From the NCBI GenBank assembly GCA_963695555.1, contig CAVOGR010000005.1, positions 32,001-96,000 of the forward strand: a stretch of DNA of 64,000 nt, given 5' to 3'. This document shows, one piece after another, positions 41,995 to 52,659 of the stretch. Both the position numbers and the translations under genes were made by a program. Positions within the stretch are counted from its first letter, which is position 1; each line of letters begins with the position of its first letter. A model generated the notes under the pieces. That model had not been told where the DNA came from. It saw only the letters and a list, made by a program, of their open reading frames with translations, and made no database searches. This DNA comes from an uncultured Gemmatimonadales bacterium (GTDB taxonomy: Bacteria > Gemmatimonadota > Gemmatimonadetes > Gemmatimonadales > GWC2-71-9).

Positions 41995-42847
41995 ATGACA
42001 ATGCGGATGAACCCGGAAGACGTATTTCAGATCGTCGACCGGCACAACGGGAGTCAGGGCGCACTCATCTCGATTCTCGAAGACGTGCAAGCGTCGTACA
42101 ACTACCTGCCCGAAGCGGCGCTCAGAATCGTTGCGGGGCGAACCGGGCGCTCGCTGGTCGACGTGTATGGGGTCGCGACGTTCTATCGGGGCTTCAGCCT
42201 GCAGCCCAGGGGCAAGCATCTGGTGACCGTATGCATGGGGACCGCGTGCCACGTGCGCGGTGCACGGGGCGCACTCAAGGGGTTCCAACGGCGACTCGGG
42301 GTGGACGCCGGCGGCACCACGAAGGACAGCGAGTTCTCCCTTGCCACGGTCAACTGTCTTGGGGCGTGCGCGCTCGCACCGGTGGCGGTTGTCGACGGGG
42401 AATATTTCCGAAACGTCAAGGAACGGGACGTCCCGGGCGTGCTCGACCGGGCCTCGCGGATCGATAGCGACCTTGCGTTGAGCAGCGACGAGCGGGTCTT
42501 CGGCGTGAGCGTGTCATGTCCCAACTGCAATCGAAGCCTGATGACTCATGAGCACTTGCTCGATGGACATCCGATGGTTCGGGTGACGGCCTCGTTCGGC
42601 CGAAAACACGGCTGGATTCGACTGAGCAGTCTGTACGGCGACTATCGGATCCGGAGTGAGTACGAAATTCCGCAAGGGTGCCATTGTTCACTTCTTCTGT
42701 CCCCGGTGCCACGCGGAGCTAAAGTCGGGGCGGCTCTGCCCTGACTGTGACGCACCCACGATCCTCCTGCTGGTCAGGGGTGGTGGGACGGTCCAGATAT
42801 GCTCGCGCCGCGGCTGCAAGCAACACCTGTTGGATTTGGGCTCGTGA
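41995..42847 (+). CDS. NuoE/HydC-like [2Fe-2S] subunit with Cys-rich C-terminal extension (frameshift near 42678)
   Basis: VATFY, VCMGTACHVRG, CLGACALAP; tail CPNC..FFCPRC..CPDC..CSRRGC. Confidence 0.85.
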
Positions 42848-42911
42848 CGTCGCCGCGTTGGCGAAGAGTGGCGGGTGGGACAACCCGGCAACCGACGAGA
42901 CACACCGACTA

Positions 42912-45900
42912 ATGGCCAGACTCAGCACGATCGACGAACTGGAGGAACTGCGGCAGACCATCCGAGACGGTGAGGAGCGGCTTGGGCCGCGCATCACTGT
43001 CTGCGCGGGAACAGCGTGCCAAGCGAGCGGTGCGAACGACGTTCAACGCATCATCAAACGACACCTCATCGAGCACGATCTCGTTGATCGGGTTGCCCTG
43101 CGCATCACAGGGTGTCATGGGTTCTGCGAAATGGGCCCCTTCGTCGTGGCAGAGCCTCGGGCAGCCTTCTATCCCAAGATCCACACGGGCGATGTCGCCG
43201 CCATCGTCGATGCAGCACTCGCCGGCGAATGTGTCGAATCTTTGCTTTACCGAAACCCCTCGACGGGTGAACGCCTGCCGGTGTCTCGACGAGATCCCGT
43301 TCTTCGCCAAGCAGAAGCGCGTGCTCTTGGCGAGAAACCAAGCGGTCGATCCCATCCGGTTGTTCGACTACATCGCCCGTGGCGGCTATGAGGCGCTGGT
43401 CAAAGCCCTGACGGAGTACACCCCTGAGGGCATCATCGACCAAGTCCGGCGCTCCGGTCTGCGGGGCCGGGGGGGGCGGGGTTCCCCACGGCCGAGAAGT
43501 GGGAGGCAGCCCGCCAACGAGACGGTACCGACGGCAAGTATGTGGTGTGCAATGCGGACGAGGGCGATCCCGGTGCCTACATGGATCGCAGCATTCTCGA
43601 GGGCAATCCCCACTCCGTGATCGAAGGCATGATCATCGGCGGCCTGGCCATGGGCGCGACCGAGGGATTCGTCTTCGTGCGACACGAGTACCCCCTGGCC
43701 ATCAAGCACCTGCTCATCGCGCTCAGGTTGGCACGGGAATTCGGATTACTCGGTGAGCACATCCTGGGCACCGGGCTCGACTTCGACATCAACATCGTCA
43801 AGAGCGCCGGTGCATTCGTGTGTGGTGAAGAGACTGCCCTCATCCGCACCATCGAAGGTGCCGTGGGCGAGCCACGGCAGCGACCGCCGTTCCCAACCGA
43901 TAAAGGCATCAACGGCAGACCCACCTGCATCAACAACGTGGAGACATGGGCCAACGTGCCCATCATCATGACCCAGGGCGGCGACGCCTACGCGCGGGTC
44001 GGAACCCCGACCAGCACCGGCACGAAGGTCTTCTCGGTCGTCGGGAAGATCAGAAACACGGGCCTGGTCGAGGTACCGATGGGAACCTCGATACGGGAGA
44101 TCGTCTACGACATCGGCGGCGGACCGCCGGACGGTGGCCGGATCAAGGCGGTCCAGATCGGTGGACCGTCCGGCGGATGCATTCCGCATTGGCGCTTCGA
44201 TCTCCCGATCGACTACGACAGCCTGAAGCAGGTCGGCGCCATCATGGGGTCGGGTGGCATGATCGTGATGGACGAGAGCACCTGCATGGTGGACGTGGCC
44301 AAGTACTTCATGGGCTTTCTCAAGGACGAGTCGTGCGGCAAGTGCTACCCGTGCCGCAAGGGCACCCAGCGGATGTGGGAAATCCTCGATGACATCACAC
44401 AAGGGAAGGGTACAGTCGCGCACCTGGACCTCCTCGAGGAGCTCGGCCAGACCGTGGCCGATGCGAGCATGTGCGGGCTGGGCCAATCGGCCGCCAACCC
44501 GGTCCGCAGCACGCTGCGGTACTTCCGGGGCGAGTACGAGCGGCACGTGATCGACGGCGTGTGCGACGCCCATGTCTGCAAAGGGCTCACGGGCGCACCA
44601 TGCCAATCGGCCTGTCCAGTCGGCACGGAGGCGTGGCGCTACGCGGCGCTCATCGCGCAGGGCGAGTACGAGGAGGCGTATCGAGTCATTCGGAAGTCGA
44701 ATCCGTTCCCCTCCGTGTGCGCCCGGGTGTGTGACCACAAGTGCGAGCAGCATTGCCGGCTCGGGACCACGGGACAGGATCCCGTCGCGCTCCGGGCCCT
44801 CAAGCGGTTCATTACCGATCGCGTCGATCCGACCACGTACCAGCCCGAGCGGCACACCGCCGCCGCCGTGCCGGGCAAGAAGATCGCGATCGTTGGGGCC
44901 GGCCCCGCGGGCCTGACTGCGGCGCACAACCTCTCGCTCAGAGGCTACCGGTCAACCGTCTTCGAGGCTGCGGACCATCCGGGAGGCATGCTCGTGCAGG
45001 GCATCCCCAGCTTCCGCCTGCCGCGGGAGGTCGTGCAACAGGAAATCGACGCGCTGATCGATGAGAACATTACGCTGCGTTGCGGCATGGCGTTGGGCCG
45101 GGGCTTCACGGTCGACAGTCTGTTCGAGGATGGCTACGACGCGGTATTCCTGGCCCTGGGTGCCCACGAGAGTTGGCGCATGAATATCCCGGGCGAGGAT
45201 CTGGCCGGCGTCCACGCCTCCATGGAGTTCCTGAAAGCCTGGAATATGCGCGGCGAATCCGTCGCGCACGGCAGGGTCGGAGTCATCGGTGGGGGCAACT
45301 CGGCTATCGATGCCGCTCGCGTGGCTCGGCGTCAGGAAGCAGTATCCGAGGTCACCATCTTCTACCGCCGCACCCGCATGGAAATGCCCGCCTTCGCCGA
45401 GGAAATCGATGGAGCCCTCGAGGAAGGCGTCCAGCTGGAGTTGTTGGTGTCGCCCGTGGCCCTGGTCGGCGAGGACGGACACCTGACAGCGGCCGAGTTC
45501 GTCGTCAACGAGCTGGGTGAGATAGACAAGAGCGGGCGGCGCACGCCGACCGCCAAGCCTGGATCCGAATACCGCGTGCCGCTGGACACCCTGATCGTCG
45601 CCATCAGTGAAGCGGCGAGCGATGTCGGAGCCGGGCACATCTCCGGCCTCGAGTTGAGAGATGGCATGGTGGCGGTCGATCGACGCACCCTTTGCACCGG
45701 ACGGCCCGGGCTCTTCGCCGGTGGTGATGTAGCCTCGGGGCCAAACACAGTCATTGATGCCATCGCGGCCGGAAGACGGGCCGCCGACGTCATCGAGCGG
45801 TATCTCCAGGGACGAGACCTGGTGGCGCCCGCCGAGCCCCGCCTGCCGACGGTCTACGTCGCACCGATGGTCGACCAGCCGGAAGACAGCGGCGCGCGCG

Positions 45901-46084
45901 AAGGGTTCTTGTGCCGGTTCGATCCCCGGAACAGCGTCGGCACTCGTTCGTCGAAGTCGAGGAAACGCTGACACCCGAGGATGCCATCCGGGAGGCCAGG
46001 CGGTGCCTGCGGTGCGACCTGGAGTTCACGAGCTGCCCGGAGGCTGAAGAGGCCTTCCGAGGGCCTGGCAGAAGCCATCGATGA
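42912..46084 (+). CDS. NuoF/HydB-like FMN/NADH subunit fused to a GltD-like FAD/NADPH domain (frameshifts near 43278, 43490, 45905)
   Basis: [83 protein letters not shown]. Confidence 0.87.
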
Positions 46085-46812
46085 TTACGCTGACCATCAA
46101 CGCGGTGACCGCGCACGTGGAGGGCGGGACGACGCTGCTCGAGGCGGCGCAGTTCCTGGGGTTCCCGATCCCGACGCTGTGCCACATGGAAGGGCTGTCG
46201 CCCTACGGGGCGTGTCGCCTGTGCGTCGTGGAGATTGGCGAGGGAGCCAAGTCGAGATTGGTCAGCGCCTGCACCTACCCCGCCGAGGAGGGACTCGCGG
46301 TTCGCACCGCCTCGTCACGGGTGGTGAGAACCAGGAAGATGATTCTCGAGCTGTTGCTGGCATCCTGCCCGCAGTCGAAAACGATTCAGGATCTTGCGGC
46401 AGCTCACGATGTGCGACAGCAGCGGTTCCGACAGGAATACGAAGACTGCATCCTGTGCGGGCGCTGCGTCCGGATGTGCGAGGAGCAGATGATGGCCAAG
46501 GCCATCGGTTTTCGCGGACGGGGCGAGCAGCGCAGCATTGGCACCCCGTTTGACGCCAAGTCCGACGTCTGCCGGTTGTGCGGCGGCTGCCTCTACGTGT
46601 GCCCGGTTTGTGAACTGCGGTGTACCTACGCGGAGCCGGAGAAGGCGATCTGTGGCGGCTGCGCCAATCTGAGTCCTCCGTGCCTCGATGGGCACGAGTT
46701 TGATGACATGATGTGCTATATGAATCCCTGCGCCGCCTGTGAGATCGTGCACCGCCAAGGGGCGGACAAAACGTCTAAGGAGACCGGCGATGTCGCTGTC
46801 CAGAGTGAATAG
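46081..46812 (+). CDS. NuoG/HydA N-terminal-like Fe-S protein without a catalytic domain
   Basis: IPTLC..GACRLCVVE..SAC [2Fe-2S]; CILCGRCVRMC and CRLCGGCLYVCP [4Fe-4S]; Cys-rich tail. Confidence 0.85.
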   Translation: MITLTINAVTAHVEGGTTLLEAAQFLGFPIPTLCHMEGLSPYGACRLCVVEIGEGAKSRLVSACTYPAEEGLAVRTASSRVVRTRKMILELLLASCPQSKTIQDLAAAHDVRQQRFRQEYEDCILCGRCVRMCEEQMMAKAIGFRGRGEQRSIGTPFDAKSDVCRLCGGCLYVCPVCELRCTYAEPEKAICGGCANLSPPCLDGHEFDDMMCYMNPCAACEIVHRQGADKTSKETGDVAVQSE

Positions 46813-48373
46813 GTCAGCAGCAACCCTCACCAAGAACCGAACGGACGGTTCGGTGTCCCCCATCTCGGGGATGTGCGTCACTTGCGTCGATGGTTGCATC
46901 GGTATGTGCGAGATCGGCAAGTCTGCCTTCCGCGGCCACGAAGTGATCTACCCGCAACCGTTCGGCGTCATTACCACCGCGTCCGAGAAGGACTACCCCG
47001 TCGATTACTCGCACATCAACATCATGGGCGGTGTGGTGGGAGCGCAGGGCATCGAGGCCGACAGTGACCTGGCCGTGTTTCCCAATGTGAATCTCGAGGT
47101 GCGGTTCGGCCACGACCAGGGGCTCAAGTTTCGGTATCCCTGGATCATCCCGGGCATCGGATCTACCGACGTGGCCAAGAACAACTGGGAGGGTCTGGCT
47201 ATCGGCTCGGCCCTGGCCGGAACGGGACTGACGATTGGTGAGAACGTCACAGGGATGGACCCTGCCTCGGTGATCGAGGGCGGACACGTCGTCGACACCG
47301 CGGACCTCAAGCGGCGCGTCAAGCTGTACCAGGAGCATCAGCGGGACGGCTACGGCGCCATCGTGGTGCAGACCAATGTCGAGGGCACGCGTCTGGGTGA
47401 GCACGAGTACGCGATCAACACCCTCGGGGTCGAATGCGTCGAGATCAAGTGGGGGCAGGGTGCCAAGAATATCGGCGGGGAAGTCAAAATCAAGGATCTC
47501 AAGAAGGCCCAGATGCTGCATGAGCGCGGCTACATCGTCCTTCCCAATCCCACGGACCCCGCGATCATCAAGGCGTTCAAGGCCGGCGCGTTCAAGGAAT
47601 TCGAGCGGCACTCTCGCGTCGGCATGGTAACCGAAGAGGCATTTGCGGAGCGAGTCGCATACCTGCGCCGCTTGGGCGCCAAGTACGTCTTCCTCAAGAC
47701 CGGTGCCTATCGGCCCGCGGCGCTGGCGCAGGCCCTGGCGTACGGGTCCAGGTACGGAATCGACCTCGTGACGGTGGACGGAGCCGGCGGTGGCACGGGC
47801 ATGAGTCCCTGGCGGATGATGAACGAATGGGGTGTCCCGGTGGTCGAACTCCACTCACTGCTCCACCAGTATGCTGCGCGCCTGGCCGCCAAGGGCCAAC
47901 CAGTCCCGGCACTGGCGCTGGCCGGCGGTTTCACCTTCGAGGACCAGATCTTCAAGGGCCTGGCTCTCGGGGCACCGTTCGTGAAGCTGATCGGCATGGC
48001 GAGGAGCCCTCTGGCGGCGGCCATGGTGGGGAAGACCATCGGGAAGGCCATCGATGCGGGGCAGATCCCCGTATACGTAGAGCGTTTTGGCCGCACCACT
48101 GATGAGATCTTTGTCACCGCTCACACGCTACGCGACGAGTTGGGTGACGATGAATTCGAGAGGCTCCCGACCGGCGCCATCGGTCTCTACACCTACTATG
48201 AGAGACTGGCCCAGGGCCTCCGGCAGCTCCTGGCGGGCAGCCGGAAGTTCTCGCTCGACCACATGTCCCGGGACGATCTGGCCGCGCTCACGCCGTTGGC
48301 CGCACAGGTCACCGGTCTGCCTTATGTCATGGATGTGGACATGGGGCAGGTCGACGCCATCCTGGGCGTGTAG
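46790..48373 (+). CDS. Stand-alone FMN-binding glutamate synthase family protein
   Basis: EIKWGQGAKNIGGE, TVDGAGGGTG, LAGG..KGLALGA glutamate-synthase FMN-barrel motifs. Confidence 0.85.
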   Translation: MSLSRVNRSAATLTKNRTDGSVSPISGMCVTCVDGCIGMCEIGKSAFRGHEVIYPQPFGVITTASEKDYPVDYSHINIMGGVVGAQGIEADSDLAVFPNVNLEVRFGHDQGLKFRYPWIIPGIGSTDVAKNNWEGLAIGSALAGTGLTIGENVTGMDPASVIEGGHVVDTADLKRRVKLYQEHQRDGYGAIVVQTNVEGTRLGEHEYAINTLGVECVEIKWGQGAKNIGGEVKIKDLKKAQMLHERGYIVLPNPTDPAIIKAFKAGAFKEFERHSRVGMVTEEAFAERVAYLRRLGAKYVFLKTGAYRPAALAQALAYGSRYGIDLVTVDGAGGGTGMSPWRMMNEWGVPVVELHSLLHQYAARLAAKGQPVPALALAGGFTFEDQIFKGLALGAPFVKLIGMARSPLAAAMVGKTIGKAIDAGQIPVYVERFGRTTDEIFVTAHTLRDELGDDEFERLPTGAIGLYTYYERLAQGLRQLLAGSRKFSLDHMSRDDLAALTPLAAQVTGLPYVMDVDMGQVDAILGV

Positions 48374-48556
48374 CCGGCAGGCGTCTCGTGTTGGAGCCGT
48401 TCCTCGGTGCCCAAGGATCGACTACGTTTGTCGTCAGCCGAGCGACGGTGGGCCGGCCAGAGTGCAGGTGCGGACAGCGAGACTCCGTGATCCCTGGCCG
48501 ACATCCATCGATTAACGCCCAGGCTGGGCACCGAGCCGAGATGGAGCAGGGGGGAC

Positions 48557-50267
48557 ATGCAGACGACCGGGCGGCCTTTGAGGAGTTTCGAACTCTCGCG
48601 CCGGATAGTGAATCTGGCGAATCAGGCGATCCCGCGAGTCGAGTTCTTGAAGGGTCTGTCGGACCTCCTGCTGCAGTACTCGGATTGCGACGGGCTCGAG
48701 ATCCGGGTCCACGGCCAGGTGGAGTATCGGGCGCGGGCGACCGCCAGGCCCGAGCGATCATTTCGCTTCGAACCCTCCAGCGCTGACGGACCGAGGGATG
48801 ACCCAGAGCCGCTCGTCGAGATCGACCGATCCGACCTCGGGCGGCTCGTGCGGGACGAACTCGAAGGGAAGCTGGCTCTCCCGTCGCAGTGCTTTACGCC
48901 GTACGGCAGTTTCTGGACCGGGGATATGGCTGAGACGGTGGGACCGTACTCGTCTCGGCAATCCGCCGAATCAGGCAGCTCCCGCATCGCCTCAATGGCG
49001 CTCGTTCCCTTCGTCATCGATGACAACAACTTCGGCATCCTGCAGCTTGAATGTGCGCAGCGGCATGCGTTTGCCCACGACACGATTGAGCTGTACGAGG
49101 CCCTGGTGGAGACAGTCGGGTTCGCGATCGCTGAGCGGCGGGCACGAGCCGGCACTGAGGGAGCGCGTCAAGGAGCTGACGTGCCTCTACCGCATCGCGC
49201 GGGTGATCGAGGAAAGCGGAGACAGTCCGGAGGCAGCCCTCAGTCGGATCGTCGAGGCGCTGCCGGCCGCGTGGCAGTATCCCGAGTTGGCGGTGGCTCG
49301 AATTGTCCTCGACGAATCGGAGCACGTGACGGGCGACATCGAGGCGACCTACGTGCGGCAGGTTGCGAACATCGTCGTGAACGGAGCCTGTCGTGGGACG
49401 ATCGAGGTCGGATACGTCCAGGAGGTACCATACGGCGTGAGCGAGCCCTTCCTGCAAGAAGAAGAGCACCTGATCAACGCCGTCGCGAGGGAGATCGAGG
49501 AGTTCGTCAAGCGCCGCCAAGCCTCCGCGGAACGATTACTGTTGGAGCAGCAACTTCGTCACGCCGACCGATTGGCCACCATCGGCCACTTGGCCGCGGG
49601 CGTCGCGCACGAAATCAACGAGCCGCTCGGCGGCATTCTGGGATTTGCACAGCTAGCCCGAAAGGGCTCCGCGGTGACGGAGAGCACCGCGAACGACCTG
49701 GATAGGATCATTGCCTCCTGTCTCCAGGCTCGGGAGATCGTCAACAAGTTGAAGCTCTTTGCCCGACAAGCGCCCATCCAAAAGACGAGGGTGTCGCTCG
49801 CCGACATCGTCCAGGATGCCTGCTCGTTGGTGAGGGGTCGGTGTGCGACTCAGGGCATCGATATCGTGACCGACTTCGATGCTGAGTTACCCACCGTGCC
49901 CGCGGATCCACTTCAACTCAAGCAAGTACTCGTTAACCTGGCTGTAAACGCGGTGCAGGCGATGCCGGGCGGGGGCGTGCTGACGGTCGCAACGCGCCTG
50001 GACGGCCACACAGCCGTCATCGGGGTCCAGGATACCGGCGTCGGGATGGCCGAGGACATCCTGGCGAAGATCTTCAGTCCGTTCTTCACGACCAAGGACG
50101 TTGGCGAAGGGACCGGCCTGGGTCTGTCTGTGGTACATGGAATCGTCACGGCACATGGCGGCACAATCGACGTTGTGAGTAAGAGTGGCAACGGTGCCAA
50201 GTTCGTTGTGCGACTGCCACTCTCGGCCACACCGGGGGGCCGGGTGGGTCAGGAGACCAAGCCGTGA
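48557..50267 (+). CDS. Cytoplasmic GAF-type sensor histidine kinase (frameshift near 49148)
   Basis: LAAGVAHEINEPL H-box, NLAVNA, DTGVG, FFTTK..GTGLGL. Confidence 0.88.
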
Positions 50268-51604
50268 GCGGCCAGAAGGAACGGATCCTGGTCGTCGATG
50301 ATTCACCCGACGCACGGGAGGTGCTCAGCCGCAACCTGATAGCGGAAGGCTATCACGTGATGACCGCGCCCGGCGTGGCGGAAGCCACCGGGATTCTCGA
50401 GGCGACACCCGTGGACCTCGTCATCACCGATCTCAAGATGCCCAAGGTCGGCGGGATTGACCTGATCCGGCACGTGCGGGCACGGTTCAAAGAAGTTGGG
50501 GTCATCATGATCACCGGCTATGCCTCCATCGAAACGGCCGTGACGGCGGTAAAGGAGGGAGCCGAGGACTATCTCGCCAAGCCGTTCACCGACTCCGAAC
50601 TCCTTGCCGCGGTGCGCGATGCTCTTCAGAAGGCACGCTTTCGACGCGCAGCGAACTCCTACGGCGGAACGGCACCAATCCATGCTGTTGGGCTGGTCGG
50701 CGAATCCGAGGCGATGCAACGGGTCTATGATGCACTGGTGAAGGCCGCGTCTACGCCATCGACTGTGCTCATCACCGGCGAGAGTGGCACCGGGAAGGAG
50801 CTGGTGGCCAGAGGGATTCACTACCACGGATCACGGGCTCGGGCGCCCTTTGTGCCCATCAACTGCGGCGGTATACCGGAAGGTTTGGTGGAGAGCGAGC
50901 TGTTTGGTCACGTCAGAGGCGCGTTTACCGGGGCCACAACCTCGCGGGCCGGCTTCTTCCAGGCGGCGGACGGCGGCACAGTCTTCCTGGACGAGATCAG
51001 TGAGACCAGCCTGGCCATGCAAGTCAAGCTCCTTCGAGTGCTTCAGGACAAGGAGATCCGTATGGTCGGTGGCACTCAGCAACTGAAGGTCGACGTGCGC
51101 GTCATCGCCGCCACCAACAAGAACCTGCTCGACCTGGTTCGCAGACAGTTGTTCCGTGAGGACCTGTATTTCCGAGTCAACGTGATCCCGATCGACGTTC
51201 CGCCCCTGAGGGACCGGGACGACGACGCCATCCTCCTCGCGCGACACTTCGTCCTCAAGTACTCCGACGAGTTGGGCAGGGCACCACCGCAGTTCTCTGA
51301 CGGCGTCCTGGATGCGTTCCGTCACTATCACTGGCCGGGAAACGTGCGCGAATTGGAAAACGTGATTCACCGGCTCCTGGTCTTGAGCGAAGGCGGTGTC
51401 GTAGATATCCCCGACTTGCCGGCAGTGATGCGCTACTCGGTCGGGAGCGGCGTCGGCCGGAACTGCACGCTGGCCGAAATCGAGGCCGAGCACGTGCGTA
51501 ATGTCCTGGCAAGCGTGGACGGCAACAAGACGCGAGCCGCTGAGATTCTCGGCATTGATCGCAAGACATTGCGAGAGAAGCTGAAGCGCACTTCGATGGG
51601 CTGA
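50264..51604 (+). CDS. Sigma54-dependent response regulator (NtrC/AtoC family)
   Basis: Receiver (VVDD, DLKMP), [24 protein letters not shown], Fis-type HTH. Confidence 0.94.
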   Translation: MSGQKERILVVDDSPDAREVLSRNLIAEGYHVMTAPGVAEATGILEATPVDLVITDLKMPKVGGIDLIRHVRARFKEVGVIMITGYASIETAVTAVKEGAEDYLAKPFTDSELLAAVRDALQKARFRRAANSYGGTAPIHAVGLVGESEAMQRVYDALVKAASTPSTVLITGESGTGKELVARGIHYHGSRARAPFVPINCGGIPEGLVESELFGHVRGAFTGATTSRAGFFQAADGGTVFLDEISETSLAMQVKLLRVLQDKEIRMVGGTQQLKVDVRVIAATNKNLLDLVRRQLFREDLYFRVNVIPIDVPPLRDRDDDAILLARHFVLKYSDELGRAPPQFSDGVLDAFRHYHWPGNVRELENVIHRLLVLSEGGVVDIPDLPAVMRYSVGSGVGRNCTLAEIEAEHVRNVLASVDGNKTRAAEILGIDRKTLREKLKRTSMG

Positions 51605-51926
51605 AGAGCCCTGCCCCGGGATAGAGCCGAACCGTCCATTCTTCGGTCGCACGTTGGTAGGCCGGCCAGATGGGTCCCGATCCCGTCCGGCAGGCTCGGA
51701 GCGAGAACACGATGCTGTCCCCGACGAGCAGGCCCTCGCCCCGCGGCACGACACCGACGCGCACGCGCTCGAGGCGGAAGTGTGCACGCTCCTTGGGATC
51801 AGCGGCGCTATCGGATTCGGGCTCGACAGGCTCATGGTCTCGCGCAATCAAGACCAACACCGGGGAGGAAGTCCGCCGTGGATGATGTGGAGGTCCTGAG
51901 CTGACCCCCACAAAGCCGCGTCCCGC

Positions 51927-51948
51927 CCCGCCCCGGGCATTGGTTGAG
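51927..51948 (+). repeat. attR-like copy of the tRNA-Leu 3' end
   Basis: Identical to 41231-41252. Confidence 0.85.
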
Positions 51949-52188
51949 CTCTGGCGCGTTCCGGAGTGCAACGGTAGCAACGGCCCTGCTTCAGACACAG
52001 CATTCTGTCGCGTGTTGCAGCGCGGGAAACTTCCACGCTGCGTCAAGGCGGGCTGGGACCAGCCGGGACCGTTCCCCGCAGTGTCGTAACTCCTGGCGAG
52101 GGCGGCTCGTATGGATAAGGTGAGAGGATCTTTCGAGTTGCCCTGCAATACGCCGTGAGACAGAGCCCGGGAAAGGAGTGTCGGCGGA

Positions 52189-52659
52189 ATGCCTCCATAC
52201 TCTTTGATCATCAACGGCCGGCAGCTGGACGTTGACGCCCCCGCGGAAAAGCCCCTCCTTTGGGTGCTCAGGGAGGATTTCGGACTGAAGGGCACCAAGT
52301 ACGGTTGCGGAGTAGGGATCTGCGGAGCATGCACGGTTCACCTCGACGACGAGCCGATTCGATCCTGCGTGACCCAGATTGCCAGCGTTGCGAATCGCTC
52401 CGTTATTTCAATCGAGGGCCTCTCCCCGGACGGAACGAACCCCTTGCAACTCGCGTGGGTTGAACGGGACGTGTCCCAGTGCGGCTACTGTCAGGCCGGT
52501 CAAATCATGTCTGCCGCAGCGCTGCTCGCCCGCACCCCATCGCCAACGGATGAGGATGTCGACAGGGCCATGTCCGGAAACCTGTGCCGGTGTGGGACCT
52601 ATCGCCGCATTCGGGCGGCCATCCACCAGGCCGCCGAGCTGAAGAGAGAGGAGGGATGA
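52189..52659 (+). CDS. Xanthine-oxidase-family [2Fe-2S] small subunit (IorA-like)
   Basis: [34 protein letters not shown]. Confidence 0.92.
   Translation: MPPYSLIINGRQLDVDAPAEKPLLWVLREDFGLKGTKYGCGVGICGACTVHLDDEPIRSCVTQIASVANRSVISIEGLSPDGTNPLQLAWVERDVSQCGYCQAGQIMSAAALLARTPSPTDEDVDRAMSGNLCRCGTYRRIRAAIHQAAELKREEG

Larger units (their letters stand above)
41231..51948. mobile_element. Genomic island inserted at the tRNA-Leu 3' end (no integrase seen)
   Basis: 22-bp direct repeat CCCGCCCCGGGCATTGGTTGAG at 41231-41252 and 51927-51948. Confidence 0.75.

Noticed and set aside
41995..46812. Respiratory complex I (nuoEFG) or [FeFe]-hydrogenase
   Set aside because: No membrane nuo genes, no H-cluster motifs and no molybdopterin domain
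51605..51900. Possible gene remnant or integrase fragment next to attR
   Set aside because: No recognisable recombinase motif in any frame
51950..52188. Moco riboswitch upstream of the molybdoenzyme genes
   Set aside because: I could not identify the conserved motif by eye; an Infernal search would be needed
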